Below are positions 1-10,832 of a stretch of DNA of 64,000 bases, piece by piece (within the stretch, counting starts at the first letter, position 1; every line of letters begins with the position of its first letter). Made by a program: the position numbers and the translations under genes. The stretch lies in NCBI GenBank assembly GCA_030704615.1, contig CM060731.1:1488001-1552000 (forward strand), written 5' to 3'. The notes beneath the pieces are model-generated. The model did no database searches, was not told where the DNA came from, and saw nothing but the letters and a program-made list of their open reading frames with translations. Origin of the DNA: Takakia lepidozioides. Its lineage: Eukaryota; Plantae; Bryophyta.

Positions 1-222
1 CGTTGGTTAATGATGTTTGTTTTTTGGACGGCAGGCGTACCCTTGATGATTCGAATTTCGTAGTGACGCATAGTCCACGAGGAGACACTTTCGTCCCAGC
101 CTTTCGAACCCAAGTGGTGCATCACCGCCGTTTCATCTTCTTTTGTCGTGTCTACTCAGTCACCCCTCTCGCGCCCTTTACATCTACACTCTTTGCCCTT
201 TTTCCCTGTCTCTGTTCTTCTT

Positions 223-3200
223 ATGCGCGAACCTGAGAGGGAGGGAGTTCGTGCACCAGAGAAAAGACACCGTCGCACGCTACGCAAATTGTACTTCGGA
301 CGTAGGCCAATGCAGAAGGGGAGGAAGCAGATGCGTCTGCAAGAAGAGATTGTCATCTCGCAGCAGCAGACCACGCAGGCAACCCAACCACCAGTGAGAG
401 CTCCGTGCTATCGGGGTGCGCACAGCTGATCGAGCACCGAAACCCCCCTCATTTTTCTTGTGCAATTCTTAGACTGTATGCTAGCAGACTTGAATGCAAA
501 AGATGTTTGCATGTCTAACTGGAAAGGTGGAGGTGCTGGAGGGATTGCAGGAATCCGAAGAGCCGCAGGAAGAGTCCGTGGAGCTACCTGCAACACGCAC
601 ACCCAGCCGATCCACGAGCACGGGTCTTCCTGCCGGGCCTAGCCCTGTGCGTTTGAAGGACGCGTTGTGGAAGGGCAAGTCTTTGCAGTTCAAAGCCCCA
701 GAGAGCAACTCGCGTTCGAAGGTCATGGAGAATCGCCAGCAGGGGTCGGGCCCTTCTCCAACAAAGACCAAGAAGAAGCAGCCCGTCCTTCAACTGGTTT
801 TTGAACCGGACCAGGCCGTTTCCCCCCCACCCAGACGAATGAAGCAGAAGGGTACAGGGCAGATTCAATTGCAGCAGACACCTTTACCTGCAAGAATGAG
901 GAAGCACAAGGCAATCAGGGGGAGGGCGGAGCAGTCTCCCACAAAACCGATTCCACGAGCTGAAGCCCAGTTCCTGCTTGATTTCCAGCCTGGTGATGTT
1001 GGGGGCGTCTCTGCTGCAGTGAAGGCAATGGGATCGACCGATTTTGTCGATATGTTACCGGAGGAGGGTGCTGCCGCTCAACGTTCGCAGCAAGACCTGA
1101 CCACCATAGAGGAAGATCTTCAGAATACTGCAGGCCCGGAGGAGGCCTCTGCAATGGCAGAATTGCCCGCAAAGATTCCCCAGAGTGCAGCTCCAGTTGG
1201 GGATGCTCCAGCTGCTCAGCCCCTACCGCCACCTGCAGAAATGTCTCCGGAGGAATTCCAAAGTGCAGCGGATACAATGTTGGAGGAGACACACAGTAGC
1301 ATTGGTAGAGTTCTGGGCAGCAGGGTATTCCAGCTGACTCTTCGAATCCCACTCTGTCGCATGGTCTCCCTTCCCATCGTCAGGCAGGCACTTCCCGGAG
1401 ATGTGGATAAGCTCAAGTTCGCATTTCGAGAAGGGTACCGTCTAGGTTCGCCAACCTTCTACGTTTCCATTGAGAATGAGGACGGCGAAACTCGTGGACC
1501 CACTGCGGATGAATTGTCAGCATGGGATACCCACTGGCACACTCGCAACGACGAATTCGAGGCAACGTTGAAGGGTGATCGAGACTTCGGCCATATGTCG
1601 GGTAAAATGTTTCTTCTTGTGTGGGACGGGAATCACCGACTTCTTGCCTGGTGGGAATACATCAAGCAGAACCATGCCAAGCATATTGGCTGGCATTACA
1701 TGGTGGAGTGTGTCATCCTCAAGGTGAAGGCAGCAGACTCCTCCCTGCTCAAGAATGCCATGGCGGACCTCAACTCGTAAGATACTCATACCCTCCCAAG
1801 CACGTTCGAAATGCGGTGCCGCATTTCGGTTTCCAATCTGTTTTGTTTCCGTGCTTCCGTGGACTGAACTGGAGAGTGTGCCTTGCAAGGTCACTGAAAA
1901 TGCGTACGTGCATACCCACATGGCACATATGTTGTACAGGGTGAGGAAAACTGGTCTCACTGATCCGCACATGTTTGCGGAAATGCTGGAGCCCGAGCTC
2001 ATTCAGAAAGTCGTGGCAAAAACAGACCGGACATGGTATCGTCTCACTATGGATGGATGGTAGAGGTGATATACAAAGTAAGTCATCCTCCCATTTCCCT
2101 CTGTTCATCCTTCCCCAATTTTCAGTAATTCCACATGAATCAAATGTAACGCTTCTGCATGTTTTTGTTGGCAGTCAAACATCAAGCTAGATTTGGCCCA
2201 TGCCAAACACTTCTTCATGGAAAGTGAGGGGCAGGTCAAAACGTTGCAGTCATTGATTGAGTACTTGAAGGAAGCCGGGGTTCAAGTCCAGAATGAAATA
2301 CAAGTCAAAGCTTGTGAAGCTAGTGGCCATTGCAGATCCGGCACTTGGAAAGGACTTCATCCCCGAGATTGCAAAACACTATTCTCGGGCCATGCAGCCG
2401 ACCATGCAGTTGGAGAAACTGCGTCACCTCTCAACGGCATGTGTTGAGGCGAAAGAGAAGGTGAGGTTTCATTACACTGAAGTTCATTCCTAGCAATAGC
2501 CACTCGACTTCCTGCTCCTGACATTGGATCGGAAATTGCAGACACGGTGGCTGTCGATCTGGAATGCATCGGAGAGTATAAGGACAATGTGGTCTTTTCC
2601 ACTCGAAGTTTCCGATCCTGCAGTGGATGTGTGGCTCAACCGCATGACTTGGTGGTTCCAGGTAATGCATACAAATTTGTTCGGCTTGTACGTCAAATGG
2701 GATGGAACACAGACATTGGAAGACTACGTGACACGTTTCAGATGTGCGTACAAGGACAACCTCTTCGCCAGGGAGCTGCAGACAGCAAGAAGGAGCGTGG
2801 AGTTCACACATCAAGAGGGAGCAGGAAAAGCTGCAATGCGAATTGTTTACAGGTGAAGCCCAGCTGCCCTTGTATGCAAAGCTTGGTTATGAGGTTTGTC
2901 TGGGAAATGCGGCACTGCATTTGCATTTTATGATTTCGGTTGCACTCTGCGAATACGTTGGTCTCAACTTCTGCTCATGCATGTTGACTGCCATGCAGGT
3001 ATATGAAATACGTGCTTCTTCAGACAGGGGCCCTGGCTCAAGAGCCCCCGTTCTTCATGGCTTGGACCGTGGCGGGCCCAAGCTGTGTCTACACACCCGA
3101 GATGCAGTAACAATGGCACGCCGCGCATCTCGTTGGATGCCTGTGGTACTTGGACATGTCTGGCGGAATTGTTGACGAGTCTGAGACAGCAGTTGTGACA

Positions 3201-4596
3201 CCCAAGAAAACGAAGAAGCAGAAACAGAAAGACCAGGAAGAGGGTGACGAAGAGGACTCCGATGGAGACTTTGCAACCAGCCCGCCCCCCGAAACGCAGC
3301 CGAAATCCCCTGTGCCCACCGTTGTCACGAGAAGGACGAGAACAGGCTCGGCAAAGAAGGCACTCTTCAACCCCCCCGGGGGGGCACCCTTTCGAGCCGG
3401 TGGAAATTAAGAGGCCGAGAGTGGATCCTGATACAATAGTCCAGTGTGTAAATGAGAGTTTTTTGGCGGCTTCGGATGGACGGGCAGCCAAGTTGGCATA
3501 CATAAAGACCATGGAGGGTCTGAAGGGCAGAGCACGAAAGAAGGCAGCTGCCGAAGAGGCTTCCGACACCCTTGGGTTTCTGAAGATGGTCTCGTTCTTT
3601 GAGAGGGTGTGTCCAGACAAGGATTGTAGGAGGGGCGAAAAAGCCACCGAGTGGTCTTGCGATATGATCATCTTGGATATTCCGGACAGAGAGCCTGTGG
3701 AAGGACTGCAAGCTTTGCCATCTTGGAACAGGTACTCTGAGGACTTTTGGAAGAAAGGATTCGGGCTCGGCCGCATGGTGTTGGACGACAGAGGCTGTGT
3801 GGTTGTCCTGGCGAGCAGAGGCAAAAACACGCAGACAGGAATTACGAAGTGGACCCGCAAGAGCGCCGTCCCAATTCTGAAGAAGAAGTGGACGTGCATC
3901 AACACATTGGGCCTTCGGTCGGAAGGGAAGAAGGTAATTACGACATTGGCACTCGTCCATTCATTTTGTTAGGTGTTTTGAAATGGGGTGCCGCATTCGA
4001 TTTCTAATCGTTCCCCACTGTGTATGCAGACGAAGCAGTTCGATGCATATTGCTTTGTGAAGGAGAACTCCACCTTTGCTTTCCGGAAGGATGGATTGTT
4101 GGTTGACCCGAATTGCGACCCCATCGATTACGACGTCCTGTTCAACAACGTTCCCACGGAACTTCTCCCTCATAGCCTCACTTCAACGGAACCCCTGTGG
4201 TATTCACGGACTTGGAGCCCTGCCTTCATTCAGACAATTATGGAGACATGCACTGACCTGGAGGGCACAGTGCTCGACCTCATCTGTGGGACATGTATGC
4301 AGAATCTTATACTATGTTATTCTGCAAATTCTCGTTATGCTTTAATTCGCAACATCTGAAGGGCCATGTTATAATGTGTGGATGGCATTGTAACAGGTGC
4401 CTCAATGTGGGCTAGGCGGTTTTCCGACCGACACCTCTTTGCCTACGAGGAGGACACATCCGTCTGGGGATCCCATCTGGAAGGGCTTCAACGGAATGTG
4501 AAGGCTCCCATCGAAGCCAAAGATTCCTCGGATTCGTTGGAGTTAGAGGAAGAGACAGTGGACTTTGATGCCGAGGAGAACCCGGAATACGAGTGA
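223..4596 (+). pseudogene. Multi-exon gene for a ParB/Srx-like domain plus a C-terminal beta-class N4/N6 DNA methyltransferase-like domain (likely transposon accessory gene); decayed copy 1
   Basis: ParB-like block IPLCRMVSLPIVRQALPGDVDKLKFAFREGY...VWDGNHRLLAW (~1345-1655). MTase-like motif IV CDMIILDIPD (~3658-3687). Spliced motif X/I block FIQTIMETCTDLEGTVLDLICGT/ASMWARRFSDRHLFAYEED (~4225-4455). Introns at ~394, 1777-1888, 2853-2998, 3934-4029 and 4295-4396. Lesions: acceptor AG>AA at ~1888, frameshifts near 2295 and 3375, in-frame stop near 3109. Confidence 0.7.
1807..3998. repeat. Three copies of the palindrome GAAATGCGG(TG/CA)CCGCATTTC, one in each of three introns of the ParB-MTase-like gene
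   Basis: cgaaatgcggtgccgcatttcg at 1807-1828 (perfect 10-bp arms), gaaatgcggcactgcattt at 2904-2922, gaaatggggtgccgcattc at 3980-3998. Confidence 0.85.
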
Positions 4597-4769
4597 GTGC
4601 AAACATTGTAAGTTTACAAAGCCTTCTGGGTGATTTTTTGTCAAACGCATTTCCGGACTGTGGTTCTCATTGGTCTCGTGGGTGATTGTTATGTGCAGGA
4701 TTCTAGGATCCGGGTCAAAACATGTAGGGCCTACACTTCCTGCCAGGAAGAATGTCCCGTTCTTTGCGA

Positions 4770-5660
4770 GGGTGAATACTTTTCTGACCCCAGTCAATGG
4801 TGGGACAATCGAGGCAAGAAGGTGAATGTTTGTTGGATTATAGAGAGTAGCAGATGCAATTGAGCGTAGGAACTAGTGTGATAAGTTGAGTTGGGTGCTT
4901 CCTAGAACAAGTCTAGGCTGTCATCGTCAACTGCTAGCAACAAGACAAGGTTGTATGCATGATTCGTGCGAGGCATGGATAGCTGAAGGAGCAGGGATAG
5001 AGTGTGGGTGCAGATTCACCCAAGAGGGCCGGACTTCAAGCTCCAGATTAACTATGCAGCTACAAGAAACTTGCATGGGTAGATGGTCAACTGGCAGCAA
5101 CGGCACAATTGATAAAATCAGACATTGTTAATGAAGGCATATTCTTCAACACATTTCACCCTGTTTTTCCCTCTTATCAGAATCGGCCCAAAATTTCCAT
5201 GTTGAATTCTGCAAGTTAGTTGGTTGAGTGAATCTAGTTTGGGAGTGACTTTGACATGATACTGCTATGTGACAACAGGAAAGTATAAAAAAACAAGTAA
5301 CAGACATGAGGAGAACCTGTGGAATGAATACTTTTCTGCCCCCAGTCAATGATGGGACAACCGAGGCAAAAAGGTGAATGCCTGCTACATTTCAGAGAGT
5401 AGCAGACGCAATTGAGCATAGGAACTAGTGTGATAAGCTGAGTTGGGTGTTTCCTAGCTGAACAAATCTAGGCTGTCATTGTTAGCTCCTAGTAGCAAGG
5501 CAAGGATGAATGCATGATTTTGTGCAGGGGCATGGATAGCTGAAGGAGCAGGGATAGAGTGTGGGTCCAGATTCATCCTAGAGGGCCAAATTTCAAGCAC
5601 AAGATTACCTATGATTCCCTGTGGATCAATAACTACAAGAAACCTCCATGGGTAGATGGT
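4770..5660 (+). repeat. Tandemly duplicated segment, paralogous to the 5' region of the PPR pseudogene at 34.4-35.1 kb
   Basis: The units starting at ~4774 and ~5326 (gaatacttttctg.ccccagtcaatg.tgggacaa.cgaggcaa.aaggtgaatg) match each other. ttcttcaacacatttcaccctgtttttccctcttatca occurs at ~5142, ~34755 and ~35022. Confidence 0.8.
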
Positions 5661-6032
5661 CTATTCCGTGGAACTCACTGAAGTCTTGCATTATGAGGAT
5701 CAGAACTGCTTGGCAACTTACTTGCACGAGGCCTTGACCCTTAAGGCAATCCCCAGAGCAGCAGTAGCTTTTGGGCTGCTTTTTTACTTTGTTTTTTTCA
5801 TTTTGTCCCATAAGCTCTTTGAGCTTTCTGCAGATGTAATAAAGTACCATTTTGTATCATTTCATTCATTTTCATTTCATTTTGTTTCATGGCATGTCTT
5901 TCATCGTTTGTGCATTTCTAATGCATGATTAACTCTCTTGTATGGCATTACATGCGTATGTACTAGTCGACTCACTACAAACACCAAAACTTCAAAGCAT
6001 GAATCACTATGAATGATTGTTCAAGTAATTTC

Positions 6033-6400
6033 GAGCACTTCATTTAAAGTAATAAAGCAGTGGTTGCGCCAACTTCCGCAGTCGCAATTGCCACTGGGCA
6101 TGTAGCATTGCAAGTTATGTGGTCTACTACCACGTGGCGCCCCGGGCCCGTGGCCACGTGGCAGCAGTGTTGCTTGTCGTGGCGCCGCCATGTCGGCATC
6201 CACATTGTCGTCCACGTCCACGTCCGCATCCATGTGTCCATGTGTCCCGCGCTCCGGTGAGTCGGTCCACTCATCCGGAGGGAAAAGTCAAAGTCAGCCC
6301 AAAAGGTCAGACACACGGGCGGCCCGTCTGGTTACGCCACGTGGTTCTTCAGCATTAATCGCTAAGTAGTTGTTCGCGCGTCTGCGTCTTTTACCACTCC
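6033..6400. mobile_element. Possible end of a TIR DNA transposon (GAGCA start, GC-rich CCACGTGG-type subterminal palindromes)
   Basis: gagcacttcatttaaagtaataaagc is followed by repeated ccacgtgg/gccacgtggc palindromes, like the MULE end at 21400-21545. No partner end or TSD found. Confidence 0.3.
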
Positions 6401-6724
6401 AATCATTGGATGTTCAACCCAACTACCACGTTTGTTGTAACTAGTCGTTTGTAACTTCCAGTCGATCCCAATTTTTTGACTTTTACAACTCAAAATGAGT
6501 CGTTACCCCAATGGTAAATGACACAAATGCATGGATGGTGAAGTGGACGTGCCCGGCATGAGACGACTTTCAATCTACTACGAGTTGTCATATTGGGCGG
6601 TACATATTCCACAAAAACACCGTCAATATCCATATGCATGCATGTGATATTGCACATTGATATGCGTTGCATTGTCACTTTCATGTACAAAAATTTGTGT
6701 AAGTCTTTGTGGGTGGGGATATAT

Positions 6725-8701
6725 GTAGGACCTGAAGATTCGCCATCTTCTAGATCCCATGCATATTGAGAAGAATGTCTGCTCGTCCCTTTTTCGGGTT
6801 CTTCATGGCACGCCGACAAAGAAGGGAGTGGCTGCAAAAAGAGATTCTCTCGGTGTTAGAAAGGAGCTTGAGGAGCAGGGTTGCATGCGCCATCTATGAG
6901 CCGAACAAAATGGTGTGAACCCAAAGGGTGTTGTACGGTGGAAGTATAGGCGCGCACATTGGCAATGGACAAAGGAGGAATACAAGAAAGTGATAGCCAC
7001 CATAAGTGTTGTCCGAACATCAACTGGTTATGGGTTATCCCTCCGTACAAAGTTCAGCGAAAAAAACGGGGTCCATGGTTTGAAGTCTCATGACTACCAC
7101 AATCTATTGCAAGACATCTTGCCCATTGCAGTACGTGGGACATTGACTCTCGAGGTTCGTGAGACAATCTATAGATTGGGAGGCTTGTTCCGGTGGATTT
7201 GCTCCAAAGAGTTGGAAGAAACAGATTTTCCACGCATGAAGAAGCAGGCGGCGGAGGTAATGTGTATGTTGGAGATGCACCTTCCTCCCTCCTTCTTTGA
7301 TATCCAAGTGCACTTGGTAGTGTATATAGTGGAAGAGGCTTCAATTGCCGGCCCCGTTCATTCTCGGTCGATGTACTTCCTTGAGTGTTATATGAAGATT
7401 TTGAAAGGATTTGTAAGACAAATGGCGCACCCGGAGGGTAGCATGGCAGAGGGGTATACGTTGCAAGAAGCTATGTTCTATTGCATGGAGTACATGACAA
7501 GGGTGGATGAGGAAGCCCCTCGGATGTGGAAGGAAGAGGAGGATGCACGAACCAAGGACATCGTTTTGCTCAAAAAATCGAAGAGGGTAAAATTGCCGAC
7601 CTTGGTGATTGAGCAAGCGCATGACTTCATACTGAAGAACACCACATCCATACATGAGTGGGAGATAAGATACAATAATCTTGTTCAGCAACGAGAAGAG
7701 GAGATGCTTGCACGGAGGCGGAACCATCCAAGGCCGGTTACTAGACGCCCACGATGAGGAGCGGGCCGCCGGAATGTTCATTCACAAAATTTGCCCATGG
7801 AATTGCAGCCTCTAAGTTCATTCCAACAGTGGCTTCGGACTTCACTTTATGACGTCGTTGCTCAAGGAGAGGTGGTTTTAGATTTGGTGCAAGACATTGC
7901 AAAGGGCCCCTCTCAATTCGCGACCTCACACACGGCAGTTTGGTTCACGGTTGTCATTTCCGCATTCGTGCTCTTGACTTGAAGCGCAAAACAACCTTTG
8001 ATTCTGGCTTGTGTGCCACATATTGGCAAGACTCTGTGTGGGGCAAGAGAGATACACGACCTGCTATGAGCAAACTTGAGTACATTGGAGAGCTTGAGAG
8101 CATACTCCAACTTCAGTATACAAGGTACCGGCCTTTTCTCTTAGGGGGAAGGTGGTTCCAGCCACATTTTGTGGGGCCCTCCACAACACTAGTGCAAGAT
8201 GATTGTGGTTTCATGCGCGTCAATGCAGATAGGCTCAACCCTACTCATCGTCCCTCTGATGAGCCTTTTTCACGGCCTTCAGACATGGAGCAAGTTTTCT
8301 TCTCCGATGACCAAATAAGAGGGGGGAATTGGAAGGTGGTTGTGCATGCTCAGCCAAGAGGAAGACGTATCTATCATGGTCTCGGATCTCCATGGGGTGA
8401 GGCAATTGCGGTGGATGGAGAGACTGGTCATAATGATGCTGATGATGGAGGTTGGGTAGAGGGGGTAGAAGAGGATGATGATGCCTCGGACAATGCATCC
8501 TGGACCCTATATGATGAAGCTCTAGAAGATACGGATGTTGGAGAAGGAGACGAAGACACGGCCATTGACAACAAGGTGGAGGATGATTCGGAGGTGCCTT
8601 TTGAGGGCCGGGCCATTTATAACGATAACTCCAATGACCAAGAAGACTTGCAGCTTGATGAGGATGAAGAAGCTCCGGATGATGATGTTCAAGTCGATTA
8701 G
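6725..8701 (+). pseudogene. CACTA/EnSpm TnpD-like transposase, C-terminal half (DUF4218 and DUF4216 regions), frameshifted
   Basis: LLDPMHIEKNV (~6750); GLKSHDYHNLLQDILPIAVRG; FFDIQVHLVVY...GPVHSRSMYFLECYMKILKGFVRQMAHPEGSMAEGY; DEPFSRPSDMEQVFFSDD...WKVV; acidic tail. Confidence 0.9.
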
Positions 8702-9039
8702 ACACAAAATCAAAGCTCCATAACAATTCTCGCACCGAACTCGACCCATCCCTTCGATTGATTGTACATCTACATGCATATTGTAGTTTATTTCTATGAT
8801 TGATCAAATATGGTTGTGGCTGGTAGTCTTTCAAGAAAGAAGGCAGAGACAATGAATATGTTGGAGCAACACATACAGATGTGGTATCAAGAGAATTATC
8901 AAAATGAATGTCACAATCTACAAGAAGGTCCACAACAACAAACTAAACCATAAAGAAAAACAAACACCCTACCCCAGTACCATATGAAAAAAAAAAAAAC
9001 TAAGAACCCCCAAAGGCTCTAAACATAAACCTAGAAAGC

Positions 9040-9570
9040 CGTGTAGTCGCTGCCTGCGACCCCCCCGCATCGCAACCTGCGACGCGGATTTTAAGATTTA
9101 TGAGGCCGGGGGTCGCAAAATGTGACATGTTTTTTTGTTTTGAAAGAATAGGGCAGCCAGGCTGTATGCGACGCCCGGCCGTCGCAGGGGCCTTTTGCCC
9201 TTCATGCCACCATGCGACGGCCGGGTGTCGCAAAAAATGTTGCGATAAAAGAAAGGGCAAGAAATGATATATTTTTTTTGGGCTTGCGACGACCGGCCGT
9301 TGCCAGAAAAGGCTGGCTTCTCCCCTTCGCTGGAGGCGACGCTTGGGCGTCGGATGGAAGGGCTGCCTGCTGCCCTTCATCCGCCCATGCGACGGCCAGG
9401 CATTGCCGCCTGGTCCCGGCGCCAGGTGACAACCCGCGGGGTTTGGCTGCAACGGCCCGACGTCGCAAACACATTCCGCGGGGTTGGCGTCGCACGCTCG
9501 ACGCCGCGCGCGGGGCATGGGGGCGCGGGGCATGTCGCAAACCCCCTTCCCCCCCCAATTTGCTGTAGTG
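9040..9570 (+). mobile_element. CACTA right terminus with subterminal repeat array
   Basis: Ends ...aatttgctgtagtg at 9570 (reverse complement CACTACAGCAAATT). Many tgcgac/gtcgca motifs in both orientations from 9045 to 9540. Confidence 0.85.
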
Positions 9571-10070
9571 CACGTTCGTTCGCTGATGTCGTAGCCTTTC
9601 CAATATACGAAATACTCAAGACGTTTATACTTGATGCGAGAGTCTAAGACTTCGTCGACTTCATACTCAATTTTCTGATTGACTTCGAATGGTGGAGGTG
9701 GTACGGAGACTCTCTCTGGAATATTCGATGGATGATACAACTCCAATAATGAAACATGAAAGACTGGATGGATGCGCATACTTCGCGAGAGTTCAATCCA
9801 AAAACTGACCGGATTTATTTGTTGAATAATTTTGAATGGTCCCAGGCGTTGATAATCCAACTTCCTTGATGGTCGCGAGGTTTGTATGTCATGTCGAAGA
9901 AGCCACGCACGATCTCCGACCTTGAAACGGGGTTGGAGTTGGCGATGTTGATCTGCATACTCATTGTATTGTTTTTGAGCTTCTGCGAGATGGAATGTAA
10001 GCTCTTTGTGAATCATAGCAAGATGAGTAACAAAGTTTTCTGCAGCAGTGCTTCCAACAGTCTTCACGTG
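9571..10070 (-). mobile_element. Ty3/Gypsy chromovirus remnant (integrase C-terminus and chromodomain), cut by the CACTA end
   Basis: KLDYQRLGPFKII...IHPVFHVSLLE (GPY/F region) and EYEVDEVLDSRIKYKRLEYFVYWKGYDISERT; the chromodomain stops exactly at the CACTA TIR. Confidence 0.9.
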
Positions 10071-10206
10071 GAAAGGGTTTGCTCTGGATCTCAGTAGCTG
10101 TTTTTCTTCAGTGAACCATGACTGTTTGCATCTTGCTCCCTCCCTTTCCGATAAAAAGAAAAAAAAATCACAAATCCAAATACCTGAAATAATTATAGCC
10201 TAGGAG

Positions 10207-10371
10207 TTGGCTCAATTTTATCAAATACTATAAAAAAATGTTACAATTTGAGGTTTAGAGATATAACTTTGAGATTGCCAAGTTGGGTTTGGCTCAATTT
10301 TATCAAATACTTTAAAAAAATGTTACAATTTGAGGTTTAGAGATATAACTTTGAGATTGCCAAGTTGGGTT
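10207..10371. repeat. Direct tandem duplication, 2 x ~82 bp
   Basis: ttggctcaattttatcaaatact...gagattgccaagttgggtt at 10207 and 10289. Confidence 0.9.
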
Positions 10372-10832
10372 TAGGACAGAGACACGGTAGCAAGGTACTG
10401 TGTTGGAAGGGTGGATGAGCAAAGGATGTGTGCAATTGTAGAGGGGAGGAAGGTGTGTGGGATGCACGATTTGTCTCTGGATACGATCTTCGTAGTCGTG
10501 CAAGATGCGCATCGTTTGCAGTACATATGAGAGAGGGGTGCGGGGATGCAGTGAAACATTGCAAGTGTGAAAGTATGTACTCACTGATTTGCTTGTACGT
10601 TTGAAAAAGCTGTTTCCTCACTCTTGCATCTCTTTTTGATGGGCTGCAGTAGTTTTGGGTATGTGCTGCAGCTGTTCACCGCTTCACCAAGCCTTGCAAA
10701 AGTGACAGTGAATGGATTGAGTCAGATTATGGAATCAAGTGAGAAGTTCAGTGTCAGGGGGATTGATATGTAGGGAGAAGGAGAAGGTGTCGGAATTTGA
10801 ATGGCTCTGAGTTCGGAGACGCAGTGAGGTGA

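Noticed and set aside
223-4596. Bacterial or phage contamination as the source of the ParB-MTase-like gene
   Set aside because: It has multiple spliceosomal introns, at least one at the same position in the paralog, and is contiguous with plant sequence.
223-9570. ParB-MTase-like gene as part of the CACTA element ending at 9570
   Set aside because: The two are separated by PPR-related duplicated sequence and another possible element end at 6033; no matching left CACTA TIR encloses both; and the paralog is MULE-linked.
9000-10067. 355-aa minus-strand ORF as a real protein
   Set aside because: It is a chance read-through from a Gypsy chromodomain fragment into GC-rich CACTA subterminal repeats.
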